DNA of 64,000 nucleotides from Zygnema circumcarinatum SAG 698-1b (Eukaryota > Plantae > Zygnematophyceae). The stretch covers positions 697,873 through 761,872 of the forward strand of contig CM074816.1 of assembly GCA_037447605.1 (NCBI GenBank), in the 5' to 3' direction. Each line of letters opens with the position of its first letter. The first letter of the stretch is position 1. Below the pieces are notes generated by a model. That model did not search any database, was not told the DNA's origin, and was given only the letters and a program-made list of their open reading frames with translations. This document shows positions 34,828-48,229 of the stretch, piece by piece. Made by a program: the position numbers and the translations under genes.

Positions 34828-36111
34828 CTACTGTGCTGCTAGCTTACAGATATCTTCATATTGCACAGCAGGCAATACCCTACCATCAAAGGCGCCTTTC
34901 AGAAGCTGCACTTTCGCACAAAACTCGTCTGCATTGATCCCCAATAGTTTTGCATTACATCCACGATACGCTCCGTTCACTATCTTAACCAAGCCTCCTA
35001 TTTGGGGAAGTACGGTCTCAAGTTCCTCCTGGTCAACTCGGAGCACATGACCAGAATCCAGCATCTTTATTTCACCTACATATTTTGAAATGACATTTTG
35101 AACAACACCCTTTTGTTTATAATATGTTCCTTCAAGGAGCGCCTTACTCATCACCTTCACCACAACCCCTTCACAAAGCCAATAATCTTTGCGATTACTC
35201 CGCTCTTTCGCACGCTCTTGCTCACGCATCATTTCGTCTAGGGTTCCCCTGCCTTTGCTGCTCGCGTCATGTTCCTCACCAGCTCTTCTACTTCCAGATA
35301 TCTTTCCGTCCTTCTCTCCACGGCCTCCTCTCCGCCCTCCATCACTTTCTAGCTTCTCTTTATCAACTTCATCATTATCAAAGATTGAAGCAAGTTTTGC
35401 ACCAACTTTTGGACCAGCTTTTGTACCACCTGCACCAGCACTGGCTCCGGTTTCTGCAGATTGCTGACCACCTTTTGGAAGCGCAAACGCAATCTTCTCG
35501 CCGTGTTCTTCGTCTCGCTGCAGCATCCGCTTCTCCTCTTCGATCGTCTCAACCGGCTTTGCCATCTTCGCTGCACGCTCTATTTGCTCTTCTAAAGCTC
35601 GATCATGTCGCTCCTCATCTGCCATGTCAGCCCTCTCTCTCTTCTTCTGGAGCCCTTCCTTGAGAAGAGTCTCCGGTTCTCTGTCAATATACGTCATGAA
35701 CCATCCCTTAGGCGTTTCGTCCACCTTGCACTTCCCTGTTCTTCCAAGATGCTTCACAAAGTCTGTCAGAGTCGTCCATTTAGTGGAATTCATATGAATA
35801 TGATGCCTGTCGTTGATGTACTCATTATACACAACTGTCGCAGCCACACGACTAAACCTGTGAGTCCGCTTCACATGCTCCAAAAAGGACTCCTCAAACT
35901 CCTCCGAATATCCATCTATAAATCGCTCTGGATTATGGCCGAACACCATCATCTGCCTCTGGTGCGATTCAGACATGCAATGACACTTGAATCCATTCTC
36001 ATCCCTGCACTGCTTCTGACACATCTGACAATACCAACGGAGCTTCTGCAACCCCTTCGCTTTAATGCGGTTTGCGATGGCTTTGGGAGTGAGAAAATCA
36101 TTTTTTCCCAT
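34828..36111 (-). CDS. KIN17: DNA/RNA-binding protein KIN17 (single exon, 427 aa)
   Basis: MGKNDFLTPKAIANRIKAKGLQKLRWYCQMCQKQCRDENGFKCHCMSESHQRQM zinc finger; HIHMNSTKWTTLTDFVK; C-terminal KOW/SH3-like region (DQEELETVLP, YEDICKL). Confidence 0.97.
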   Translation of the reverse strand: MGKNDFLTPKAIANRIKAKGLQKLRWYCQMCQKQCRDENGFKCHCMSESHQRQMMVFGHNPERFIDGYSEEFEESFLEHVKRTHRFSRVAATVVYNEYINDRHHIHMNSTKWTTLTDFVKHLGRTGKCKVDETPKGWFMTYIDREPETLLKEGLQKKRERADMADEERHDRALEEQIERAAKMAKPVETIEEEKRMLQRDEEHGEKIAFALPKGGQQSAETGASAGAGGTKAGPKVGAKLASIFDNDEVDKEKLESDGGRRGGRGEKDGKISGSRRAGEEHDASSKGRGTLDEMMREQERAKERSNRKDYWLCEGVVVKVMSKALLEGTYYKQKGVVQNVISKYVGEIKMLDSGHVLRVDQEELETVLPQIGGLVKIVNGAYRGCNAKLLGINADEFCAKVQLLKGAFDGRVLPAVQYEDICKLAAQ

Positions 36112-36424
36112 TGCTTCAGTCAGAAATTGCAGCAGGAACTGCAACCCCAACAGCAACCACAACCCTAATTCCCACCTTTCCCTCTCAGTGATGGAACCCT
36201 AAATTGTGCAGTGCAGACCTTTTTCCGCTCGTCTTGCACGGGCGTGCCAAGCTCTGGACTTCTCATGAAGGATTAGATAGAGCCAATACATCGCTTCCAA
36301 CCGTTTGTGAGGAATCCTTGGAGTACAAGAGTACTCTTTTTGAAACATATTCCCAACCTTCATGTCAAAAGTTTGACCCGGCAACTGTCTGAAGAGGAAA
36401 GCGGAGGGCTCCTCCTCCTTGAGG

Positions 36425-37880
36425 TCACGGCGCCCCCCCCGACCCGTGCCCCGGGGCATGTGCCCCCCCCCCCCCCCCNNNNNNNNNNCCCCCCCCCCCC
36501 CCCCGGTGCCCCTTTTTCGTGCACCGTGACGTGACTACATTGAGCAATTAGAGTCTATTTACACATCATTTTTGGCTGGATACACACCTTTTTTCGCTAG
36601 TCAGATTTTCTTTCTAGTTTTTAGGGCTTTGGAATTGTTTTTAAAGGTGTGTATCTAGCCAAAAAGATGTGTTAGTAATAAATCCTTAAAAATCGGGCTC
36701 AAAAAGGAGATAACGTTAAAAAAAAGGAGAATGTTACTGCACCCCCCTATTTTGGTTATTCTACCCATTTTTTGAAAAATTTCCCTGCCTAATTTGGCTA
36801 TCCCACCCCCTTGTTTTCGATATTTCACCCCCTTATTTTGGATATTCCACCCCCCTGTTTTGAATATTTCGGGAGGGAACCTTTTTCCCGCCCCTCCCCT
36901 CCCCTCCTCTTCTCTCCTCTTCTCTCCTCTTCTCGGTTTGCAGGCCACAATTTAAGAACTTGTCTTAATTAGGGGGTCTACAAACCTAACCTGAAAACAA
37001 AGAGTAACGGTTGCCCCACATCGGTGACCTTTTCCGTTGCGTTTAAGGCTGCGTTTTTGCGCTTAGGCTTAGTTTAGTTTAGCTTTTATTTTAATTTTTT
37101 GCTCCTAGTTTTTTTATTTTGTGCTTAGGTCCTTTGCGACTAGTTTCTCGTGGTTCCCCATGTTGACTTCGTCCATGTTCATTTGATGGCCTCACCATCT
37201 TGAGATCAATGCAAATCCCCTTTACTTTTGTCGCACAATGTTGGAAGTCAGAAGTGAAAAGGAGAAAACGGGGGTGGGACATCCAAAATATGGGAGTGAA
37301 ATATCCAAAATAGGGGAGATGGGATAACCAAAATGGACAGGCAAAATTTTCATAAAGGGGGGAGGGGTGGAATAACCAAAAGAGGGGGTGCAGTAGCATT
37401 TTCCTAAAAAACGGTAAGACAGAAGGTACGGAAAGTACAATGTATGTACAATGTGCACGGACCCATTGTACTGGTCCGTACAATAGGTCCACAGCAGACT
37501 CAGCACAGCCCTCTAGATAGTGCACCAATCCCAAACTTGTCAAAGAAAATTTGGAAAGATTTGAACCATAATAACATTCAGTTAAATATTGACGAACGAT
37601 TTTCCATTTCTGCCTTCAATGCAAACTCGTTGTGGAAATCGGACTCCCCACTTTCGGCCCCCTCCCAAGCGCCTGCCAATGCTGGGACAACACGTGGCAC
37701 CCCTTCCATATCCCACTGCTCTCAACTAGGACTATTGAAAGAACGAGATGTGGTGGGGCAGTGGTCCTGCCAATGGTTGCGATGGAAGCATCACGTGACA
37801 GGGGGCACGGGGGGGCACGAGATATATGGGCCCCGGGGCACGGACGGTCATGGGGGGGCATGGCCCCCCCCGGTGCATAG
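36425..37880. mobile_element. Putative non-autonomous element with imperfect GC-rich terminal inverted repeats
   Basis: Left GACCCGTGCCCCGGGG..GTGCCCCCC..GTGCCC..TGACGTGA resembles the reverse complement of 37790-37880. The interior shares blocks with 34120-34230 and with 25330-25402/48250-48350. An N gap lies in the left end; no TSD established. Confidence 0.45.
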
Positions 37881-37950
37881 CGGTCCCCCCTCATGCCCCA
37901 ACCCTGCGGAGGAGGCGGAGGAGGCGGAGGAAGGAGGGGGGTTTGAAGCC

Positions 37951-40153
37951 ATGGCCGCCGCTGTGATTAGCGCACTGACTGAGAAACTGGCTCTTGCGGA
38001 GGCCGCTGAGGAGAAGCATGAATCAGGTCTTTGGCCTGACACGCCAGAACCATTTGGCTGAGTCGCTAAGGGTTTTTCAGTTTTTGGTTAGGTTTTGAAA
38101 CTGATGCGTTGTGATGATGTCTGAAGGCGAGCTGTGATGCTCAGGTGCAAGAGTTCGTGTCGTGAATGCGGTATTTATTTGTATGATTGAAAAGGATTTG
38201 TTGTTTGCATGAACGGTTTAGTTATTGCTGCAGTAGAATAAACTTTGGTAATCTGCAATAGATAGTGGTTACAGTCGAAGTGCGAAGCGTCTCACCTAAC
38301 AATGTAATTTTGAAATGTGCTTTTTATGCTTCTCTTGCGCACAGCACGTATCATTGATGCTTGGAGTGATGCTTCATTTGCTACGTCTGACGGTTTGGAA
38401 GGCAATGTATGGTTGAATGGTCGCCGTTTGATATCAGGCTAAGTGGAGTGTGTTGCTTCACCTGAAGTAAGTTTGGTTGTTCAGATTTCTAACCGTTTCT
38501 TATCACATTTTTCATGTCGGGTACAGCTGCTGAGGCAACAATAAACAAGAAAGCTGAAGGGGAGGAAAATGAGGAAGATGACGACGAGGTCCTTGTGCTT
38601 CTTTGTATTCTACATCAGGATCCAAACATTCTTGAAGGTCGTCACATTTGGCGCAGGATTGCGGTCCCCGCGGAATTCTCCTTGTTGGAACTGCATGTTG
38701 CTTTGCAGGTGAGGAAGTTGTGTGTAGAAGGAGTAGAGGCATTTCCTATCTTGCTATCTGAGAAGGCCGTTCCATGACTGGTATACCGGCTATTAACTTG
38801 GTTCTAGTTTTCATGTTTTCCAGAATGCTTTTGACTGGGAGAATATGCACCTGCACAATTTCCAGCAGCCACGGAAGCCTGTTGACGTGAAGTTGCCTGC
38901 TTTCTCTGGTTTCGGCACCACAAACATTGCGAGTGCTTCGACACTTGATATGGACGTTCTGAATCCGAAGGACGTACGCACATTTCAGTCCGTCGTGGGC
39001 ATAAGGGATGCGGGCGAAAATCTCATAGCTGCAACTTCAAAGGGAGGGAATGAAGAGGAGGCAATTGTGTATGTGCAACAATCGCTTTTCGCTACGGAGG
39101 GACAACTATCCGCCTCTGACTTCAAGGAGGTAAAGGACTGAGCATGGACTGTACTTGCAAGTCAAGAAAGGGAGCCTGGCACCTCCATGCTTTATGACCT
39201 GTACACAAAAACGGTGTACTTTTGAAGGAAATGATATAAGATATATCTAGCATCCATAGAAACGCAGAGCACCATCGCTAACAAATCGCTTGCCTTTCTC
39301 TCTCATAAGTTTCTTGTAAGGTTCGCACGCTCTATTTTCCTCGGGGGTCCTCATGTTTTTTTCCTTTGACAGGTTTTGGACGAGAGAGCATTCTTTGTGC
39401 AAGATGTTCTTAACTCGAAAAGTCGCGCTCTCGTTTATGAGTATGACTTTGGCATAAGCCACGAAATGACGATTTTGTTCGAAGGAGCGTATCGGCCAAC
39501 TGAAGGGGTCAACTATCCTACTTGTCTAGCTGGGTCGGGAGCCAGCAGAGCAGAAGATGGAAACGATGTAGATGATGATGGAAATCTGCTTTCGTCATAT
39601 GACTATGACAACTTTGCAGTTCTTGAGGTGAGAGAACCCAGTGGATTTATTGCTTGCTAGTTAGCTTTAGGATTACACTTTTCATGCTACAAACTTTGTA
39701 AGAGTTGTTTTCTTCTAACATCCATGTGCATTGCTCAGGTGATTGCTAACTATACGGATACATACTCCGACAGTTGGCCCATGGGTCCGGGGGAAGAGGA
39801 TATCTCGGATGTCGCACGCTGTTATATGTGCCGGTAAGAGCTCCGTTACTTCTATATACAATTACAATTAGAGAACAAGATAACAAAGTTACTGCCTAGG
39901 CAAGAATGAATGAATTTGAAAGAAAGCTTTTGAATCTTTTGCGTTCTTTCTTGCTCGTAGTCTTCATGAAGCGAAATCAAATGTCGTTTGGTGCAGGTAC
40001 AACCGTGAATGTGGCCGGAGAAGGGAATGCAACGGAACATGCTGCGACTATTGCTTAAAGTCCAGCATCCATTTTGCTGCGGGAACTTTAGAGTTGGAGG
40101 AGGCGGATGCTTTATACCAAACAACTGTTTCAGCAATTACATCGACAACATAA
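37951..40153 (+). CDS. pRiA4b ORF-3-like (MM3350-like) protein with C-terminal Cys-rich motif
   Basis: Exons 37951-38026, 38527-38708 (IWRRIAVPAEFSLLELHVALQ), 38824-39129 (NAFDWENMHLHNF), ~39373-39627 (YEYDFG..HEMTILFEG..YPTCLAGSGA.RAED), ~39739-39833 and ~39997-40153 (CYMCRYNRECGRRRECNGTCCDYC). Motifs match the PRiA4_ORF3 family signature as recalled. Confidence 0.8.
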
Positions 40154-41124
40154 AGAGCGTAGATTCAGCGCCTAAAGGACTTAGACGTTGTGCATGTTCG
40201 AGGAGGGGTAACGCGATCCATAATTTGTCGCAATTTTCGTTGTAAGTGATTGGACAATTGCTGTTGTACAAAGTTTCTTGTGTCAAGGAGAGAAAAAAGG
40301 ATAGGGTCAGGTCTGATGTCAGATTTTGGGGATTTGGGACACTTAATTTCTGCTTTACAACACAGGATATTACAGACACGTTCTTGGTTTGCGAAAATGC
40401 AAGAAAAAAAAAAGAATCAGAACTTGTAAAACCTTAACCTCTTAAAGACTTCACGTCTGTGTCTGTAAGTATGCTTACTTAGGAGCATTGGTTTTTCTTG
40501 GTGATTTGGAGTCCAAGTTTCAATTACAATCGCCACAAACTGAAATTCTTGATTAAGTGGTTTATTTGACGAAGGCATTCTCATATGTGCATGCAAACAA
40601 GAATTGATCGCCCTTCAAAGCCGATAGAACCCATATTTAACAATACTACTAAACGATGCCTAGTCGCCACTTGACTCATCATAATGGAAAGAAAGGGTCT
40701 CTCAAAAAAGAAAGGGAGATGGAGAAGGGGAGAGGGGGAAGGATAAAGAGTCCCTCAAGACAGATCGGAGAAAGGCTTCTCCAAAGGCGAGAGTCACAGA
40801 GGACAGAGACGAAAGGAGAGGGTTTCCCAAAGAAACCTTATTACAGCATTTATTTATCGCCTGAATGATGTCAGGCACCGTTCACCAAAGAGCTCAAAGC
40901 CACTCGCGTTCTCAAGACGAAATCGTTTCCAAAGCCTAAAAAAAATAGAATCAAAACAAACAGTCCCACCGATCACCTAATAATGACCTCCCACACAGAA
41001 TTGGAGGGATCCCAGTCTCTTATTTCCGACTTCTCCACAATGACAGTAGAGAAGGGTCAATCATCAAATCCCAAATAAAGTATTTTCAGACTCGTCCTCC
41101 TTCCAACACTTTCCGATAAAGGGC

Positions 41125-44100
41125 TTACGACCTCCCGCGGCCCCTGAACCCGCCTCCCCCGTTTGCCCTGAAGGAACCGCCGCCCCTCCCTCTGCCTCTC
41201 CCTTGCCCCCTCCCGCCCCCTCTCCCTCCCCCATAGCCTTCACTTCTGAAGCCCCCACGCCCACCTCCGCGCCCTCCTCCAAAGCCAGGGCTGTAGGGAC
41301 ATACATTTAATCAACAATGCAAAATTTGAGAGAGGAAGGGAGGGAGGGCGAGTGAGGGAAACAGTATAACAAAGCCAAGTGCATTTGACCATACTCTGTT
41401 GGAAAGCAACTTGAGTCAAAGGAAACAATTGGATTCCCTAAAAGCACCCCTCAATTTGACACCGACAGAGAGAGAGGGAGAGGGAGAAAGAAAGAGAGGG
41501 AGAGAGCGAGAGATGAAGCATAGCTCATAGGAACATAAAGGCATAGTCCTTGATCTATGAGAAGTAATCGCCGCAAAGAAGTACCTTCGTGCCGCGTCAG
41601 GCCGAGTTTGCAGCTCCGGGAGTGATGTCGCAATCTCAATAGTGATGCGGGTGTGCTGTGCTACCTCATCGTCCTTCTTGCTTGCTGCAGTTATTCAGAA
41701 ACGACCCAAACTGCTCAGATACGAGGCTCCCAAACAAACACATAAAGCAGGCCATTGCTATGTTTGAAAGTAGAAAGGATAAGACCCTTGAAGCATAGGA
41801 CAAAGGCTGAGGTGATAGTCTGCTGGGAAAGAGCAGGGCTGTAATCAGACTGTTGTATTCGTATGCATCAGAGTGCCACGCAGTGGCTTCAGCATGGTAC
41901 CTTAACAAGTCATCATATTGAATCTGCCCCTCCCAGTTGGTACTGAGAATATAAAATCTAGGCTTTGGACTCTATGCAAAAAGGGTGTGTGCATCCCTAA
42001 AACGCAAAACTCAATAAGTAGATATGTGTCCACTTTGGAGTTACTAATTCAGAATGAAAGCAGGATGGAAAACCTTCAACTGACTTCAGCTCTGAATAAG
42101 CAAATAATGGGCAGCATTCTCAGGCCTCAGTGGTAGTGACAATACAATTACGATATCCGCATGTGGCAGGATGCCATCGGATAATACGTGCGAAATAATC
42201 GTCATTGGCCCAAGTGTAAAAAAAGGTGTTACAGCCGAAGAGATATTCGACTGATGACGAATGCTATTGGTCAAACTATACGATGCTTATTACAGAGCAG
42301 TTCAATATGCATGACATCTAAAAGTCCCCGCACCTTCCATCGACAAAGCAAAAGATGCTGCCTCTAACATCGTTTCAAAGACTCCTAGGAGGCTGAGCAG
42401 CCAAATTGCAAAGCAGTTTCACTTGCATAGACACAAAATTCGTTCAAATGAGCAGAGTTGAAGCACTCACCCTCAACAAACTCCTTTGCCAACTCCGCCG
42501 GCACATCAAACACAGCTCCCATTCCGTCACTCGTCAAAGACATGCGCCGCACTTCCCCTACCGACTCTTCAGGCAACATCCGTCGAAGATACGCAAACAC
42601 ATACCTGCAAAAAAAAAAAAAAAGGAGAGAGGAAAGCAAACAAGGGCGGTACAAACGTAAGTCTTCCAACAAAAATAGGGAGAATCGGTGTCTTGACAAG
42701 TGCTCAGTGCGCGAAGATGAAGACTTCCAACGAATGACTTTACGCATTATGAAAAAAAGGGAAAGGGGGTAAAAGTCGGGAGAGGTTTGCAGCTCACGAT
42801 GGAGTCCGCACGGTGGTCTCCGCCTTAAAGTAGAGAGTGATTGCATCGTCATGCGCTGAAAGGAGGGACCGCGCCTTCATTTCTGTGTGGCCCTGCAGAG
42901 ACCCACAACTCGCTTTGTTCAAGGACAAGTGCATATAATGAAGCCTCGTACTACAAACCCACATATGGGCTACTATAAAATCACCACTATATGCCCTTGG
43001 TTCATCATTGCAAACACCCTCTATCCATCTTCTGAAGACAAGTAGCTGCTGCACATGTTGCGATGTTGTCCTAATCACTCACAGCTATTTTGGCGAGTGC
43101 CTTTGCGACAGCGTCCAAGGGAGAGGAGCAGGCGTCCACCAGTTCTTGGGCCGCTTCTCTGAATAGGGGCACTACACTGCAACCCAGAAAGAAAACCTCC
43201 TTTTGTAAGTCCCCAAGAGTGGTTATACTCCACCTGATGCTTCAAATAAATTAACGTCTTCCATACTTTTGGCACGGAAACGCGCGCAGGAGGCATAGTT
43301 CTATCTGCAGTCTATCCTGAGAACGTGATAAACACTTGATCTTTTACGGTCCGTATATTGCTCCTTCACAGAATCTAGTTTACGCAGATACGTGAGACAA
43401 TACTCAATAGGCCATACTGTTAGATAACATCGAAACAAGAAAAATGGCAACGCCTGCAGTTCTCAGCTCCGCACATTTCATAGCCCTTGACCTATTCTCC
43501 TTGCAGGATAGTACACGCATGCTGCCCTAAAGAGCCATTCATTACCTGTCGTCGACTGCCCGAACAACATCGAGAGCAGATGAGGCAGATGCACGCGCAA
43601 TGTCGGCCGGCTGGGGAGCACTGATTCGCTCAAATTTGACTCCTGCCTTCCTCTCAATTATGCTCACCATGTATTCCTTTTTGGCAGTCACCAGCATTAC
43701 CGACACACCAGTGTTTCCTGAAGACCATCAAAAGGGTTTTTAGGGTTAGAATACTGTCAAGCGTACGATGCCATCTGACAGAAAAACAACGCTGTGAGAC
43801 ACTGACTTGCAGTATCCGCATGTTATGCCTCTGTTAACAAGCAACGGCTGTTATTGTTAATTGTTAAAAGCTCGCATTTCATCCTCGTGGTTGATCTGCG
43901 TGATGACTAAAACAAACAAAAGCACAGAACTCATACTAACCTGCTCTGCCTGTGCGGCCGGAACGGTGAATGTAGGTTTCTTCAGTTTTTGGAGGCTCTA
44001 CCTGCGGGTAGAAAATCGAAATAAGTGTCCGAAAAGGCAAACAAACTTCCAGTCACCTTTCCAGTTGTTGAACTGTTCATTGCTTCAAAACAATGTCACA

Positions 44101-47100
44101 AAGGCTTACAGCACTTCAGTAGTACCTGGACAACAAGTTGCACATCTGTAATGTCCAGTCCACGAGCGGCAACATCAGTCGCCACAAGGATAAGAAATTT
44201 GCCTGAACGGAATCCTGCAAGGGTCGACTGCAGGCACATACAAGGGAATGAACCTTTCGTGAGTGTGAGCATAAACCTCGAGATGCTGATGCGTCTACTG
44301 AAAAAAGTAGACGCTTAAACAACAGAACGCAGTAAAGAACGCTGATTCGACTAAATCACTCCACACTGTTGTTGCATAAGTCTTTACCTCCCGCTGTCCC
44401 TGCGGTATGTCTCCGTGTAGAGCACGGGCAGAGAGGTGTGTCAAAGTTTGGGCTACTTCCGAAGCATCGTTCTTTGTTTCTGTAAATACAATTACCCTCC
44501 CGTTCCTGCGAGACGTGACGCAGCAAACTTTGATGAGGAACTGATGTTCCGTTGAAGTGAAAGTGAGTACGAGGCACTAATTTCATATGGACTAAAGACT
44601 TGATTTAGGTATGCAATGCATGAGATGCTCACCTGCCGTAGCAGCGGATTAGGTCTGAAACGATTTGTGTGCGCTGTGTCCAATGGCACGGCAGCAGTAA
44701 GTGGCGCACACTCGCACTTGCTTTCATCTTTTCTTGGCCCACCAGGTCCACTATACGCTTAGTACTCTTCAAGAAGCGATCAGAAATCTGCAAAACCACG
44801 ACAACACGATCCGCATAAGGCCCGATTCATAACGATTCTTGGCATATAGGGAATGAGAAACTTGCGAAACTGACTAGCATGCGGTAATGTAATGTAATTT
44901 AATGCTTCTGACATACCAAGTGACCGTGGGTGTCACTCTAGACTCCAGCAGAGAAACTGTTACTGAAAAAGTTTTAAAAAACTGAAAAGTGAACACAGAA
45001 ATCCACAGGACATTACCTTCTTCACCCATTCAGGCATGGTGGCGCTAAACAGAAGAGTCTGGACTTTAGAAGCATCATCCACCGAACCTGCGCACATTCA
45101 CCAACCATAAAAAAACTGGCACATCAGCCCATGGCAAGAAGACTTCAAAGGGGGTTGTTTCTAGCTGTCCTCTAGGGTTTCCACAATACCTAAGTTTATT
45201 CTCCAAGGTTTGCAACTAACCTGCACCTTCCTGCCTCATGCCTTCAATGGCAGGAAAGAATGCGTAATACTCTCCTCTCCCATCCGCCGCCCTGGCCGGC
45301 AAACGGAACTGCATGCACATAGCAATCATTCAGCGACAACAGTCCTAAGAACGTGTGGAATCCCTATGATCTAGAACTACTGCTGTGTGGAAATGCCTCT
45401 GTTTAAAATAACGTCCTGCACCTTCAGGATTCTTCCCTCTCCAGAAAAATCCTATCTGGAGACACGGGGAATGGGTCATCCTGACTGAGCTGATCTTCCA
45501 GTTTTTTTGTTTCTCATGCCCGCAGTTACCTTTCAAGTCGTTCTTCTTTAGACAAAACCGAACATCTCATAAAATGAGAGCTGCTTAGACGGAATAGAAG
45601 ACATCGATTGCCAATTCAAACATCTTCGGAACTCGATGTAAGAAGATTCTGTCCCGAACTATTCTCTAATCCAAAAGCTGCTAATTCTCTAATTCAAAAA
45701 CAGAAAAGTAGCAAGTACGTTGGCTAAATAAGATGACTTAAGCTTCACCATCTCCAACATTGCTGAGTGGTTACACAAGCAGAACATGAGACAAGGATAA
45801 CTCGTTAAGAAAAAGAGAACGCTTTGCTTGTAATTTCAGGTTTTCTCACTTGTGAAACGTCTGAACTAATCGACCACAAAGCCAGTCTTGGTTACTCAGA
45901 CTCCTTCCACCTACCGTATCTTTCATATTTCAGTAAAACCAGTACCAGCAGAGAGCTTGAGCAATGCAGTCTCCTTCACTTTCTTTCACTGTGAGACTCC
46001 ATGCATTGGTGGTGGAGACACCCACCAAAATCTTCCACCGAGCAATTTAAAGCATAGAACACACTTCAATTTTAACTGCAAACAGTCAGGCTCTCATCGC
46101 GCCTCTTCTCGCCTCACATTCAATTAAAAACCATTCTCTTCACTTCTCTCTTTTATTTTCCTTTTTTTGGGAGTAAGAGAGAGGCTAGAGTACTTACCCA
46201 GAATCTTCTCCACGTCATCCACGAAACCCATGTTAAGCATCTCATCAGCCTCGTCGAGCACCCGAAACTGAAGCGTTTTCAGCTGCAGACTCCCTCTCTC
46301 CAAGTGATCCTGGATTCAGCACGACCAAACAAATAAAAGGATCACTACCCAAGAAAGGAAAGCATTTCTTTCTCCTTTGGTTGGTTCAAAAAAAACCGCC
46401 AGAAAAGCGAAGAACAAAAAGCGCCATGGTCGACCACCTTTCTCACAAACGCGAATAATCCGAAAGCTTGTTTCAACTCAAACAACAAGTCCTCTCTCAA
46501 AATTAAACAAATTAGCAGTGAATAAGAATGAACAAACAAAAGAGGAAAATTAGAAAGAGGAATAGGAAGAGGACGAGGAGTTACCCATAAAAAGAACAAA
46601 CAAAACGAGGAGAAGAGAAAGAGAGATAGAGGAGAGAGGAGAAAGCAGAGAGAGAGAAGAGTGGGGAGAGAGAGAAAAGGATTGTCAATCACCTTGATGC
46701 GGCCAGGGGTGCCCACAACAATGTCCACGCCTCGGCGCAGAGAGCCCTCCTGCGGAGGCATGGGAGCCCCTCCATACACGCACAAGGTGGTGAGCCCCAC
46801 TGAGTTTCCGAGCCACTCGAAGTCCGCTCCCACCTGCAAAGCGAGCAACAACACAGATCAAAAAGGGGTGATCTTTCTCTCTCTCTCCCTCTCACTCTGT
46901 ACGTTACTTAAAACACGCAACGTCAAATAAAGCAGGCAGGGATGAACATGATAGGAGATAAAAAGTAAGGAACACAACAATTCTAAAATTCTTATTTTCC
47001 TAAACGAATTACACAAAGACATGTTTTTTTCTTTCATGAAATGAACGGAGGTAGTACCTGCTTAGCCAGCTCGCGTGTGGGAACCAGCACGATGACGCTC

Positions 47101-47907
47101 GGCTGCCTGCCGTATTGCCGCTTGCCGCTTCCTTTGGACACTAGAGCCTCCAAAATGGGGAGAACAAATGCAAGGGTCTTTCCCTGCATGGATCCAAAAG
47201 ACACAACATGTAAGAAAAAGAAAAAGAAAAAAAGCGACAATTACTTTGGCAAAACAAGAAAGGAAAACAGAAAAAATCGAGAATATAACTACAAAACTGC
47301 CTGGCTTCGTACAAGAGCATGCATTAAAATTGTAAGCCAGGGCGCCAACCAGAGCGAATTCAGAAGCAGTACTGACCTGACCGGTGCGGGCCCGCCCCAC
47401 CAAGTCATTGCCGTCCAAAGCGATATTGAACGTCTGCGCCTGAATAGGGAACAAAGAAAGGATACCCTTCTCCTTGAGCTTCGCCCTAATAGGTTCCGAA
47501 ATTCTAAAGCTTGTGACTGCGAGAGGGTCATCCTCCGCTTCGCCTTCGCCTGTCACAGCCGCGTCCTCCTCCATGCTCTCCCTCTCGCTCTCTTCCTCTG
47601 CTCCATTCGTCTCCTTCCCTCTTCCTTTCTTCGCGCTCGTTTCTTTTCCTTCCTTCATTTGTATCTCCCCTCCCTCCTCCCGCTTCACCTTCTTCTCCTT
47701 CAGCTTCAAACTGGCCCCTCCCTCCCCCTCCTCCACCTTCCGCTTCTTCTTCTTCGGTGTCACCAGCTTCTCCACTCCGTTCTCCACTTTCTCCCTCACC
47801 TCCTCATTCCCGCCCTCCTCTCCCTCGCTCTTCCTCCTCCCTCCCTTCCCACCCTTCCCCCCCTTAGCGCCCTCCTCTCCCTGCTTGGCCATGGCGATCC
47901 CAGGCAT
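41125..47907 (-). CDS. RH7: DEAD-box RNA helicase RH7/DDX21-like with GUCT domain and RGG tail
   Basis: K/E-rich N-terminus, LFPIQ..GRARTGQ|[61 protein letters not shown]-like exons (about 42465-42605 and 41563-41660), final exon [12 protein letters not shown]...GRGRS with stop at 41125. Confidence 0.95.
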
Positions 47908-48229
47908 GCCGCAGTTTTCCTCCCTCTCCAGCTAGGCGGATCCAAGCTTCTAAGCAGGTGCGGCTATGTCGGCGGCCTCCCTCTGTACTACTTCCCACTT
48001 CCCTTCCTCCCTTTCTCCTCGCTTCCTCGCTCCCTCCCCTCCCCTTGAGCGAGCGAGCGAGCGAGCGAGCGCCGCATTCCCCTGCAGGCGGCGCGGATGT
48101 CGGCGCAGGGTTCAAGGGTGCAAGCGGTACGGCAAGTACGGTCAAGTACGGAATTGGAGGGTTCAGGATCATAAATTGTACGGTAGGGTACGGAGAATCA
48201 CGGCATTTATTGTTCAAGATTGATACTGT

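Noticed and set aside
37444-38061. 205-aa ORF as a standalone gene
   Set aside because: Mostly repeat-derived; only its last part (from the ATG at 37951) fits as exon 1 of the pRiA4b-like gene.
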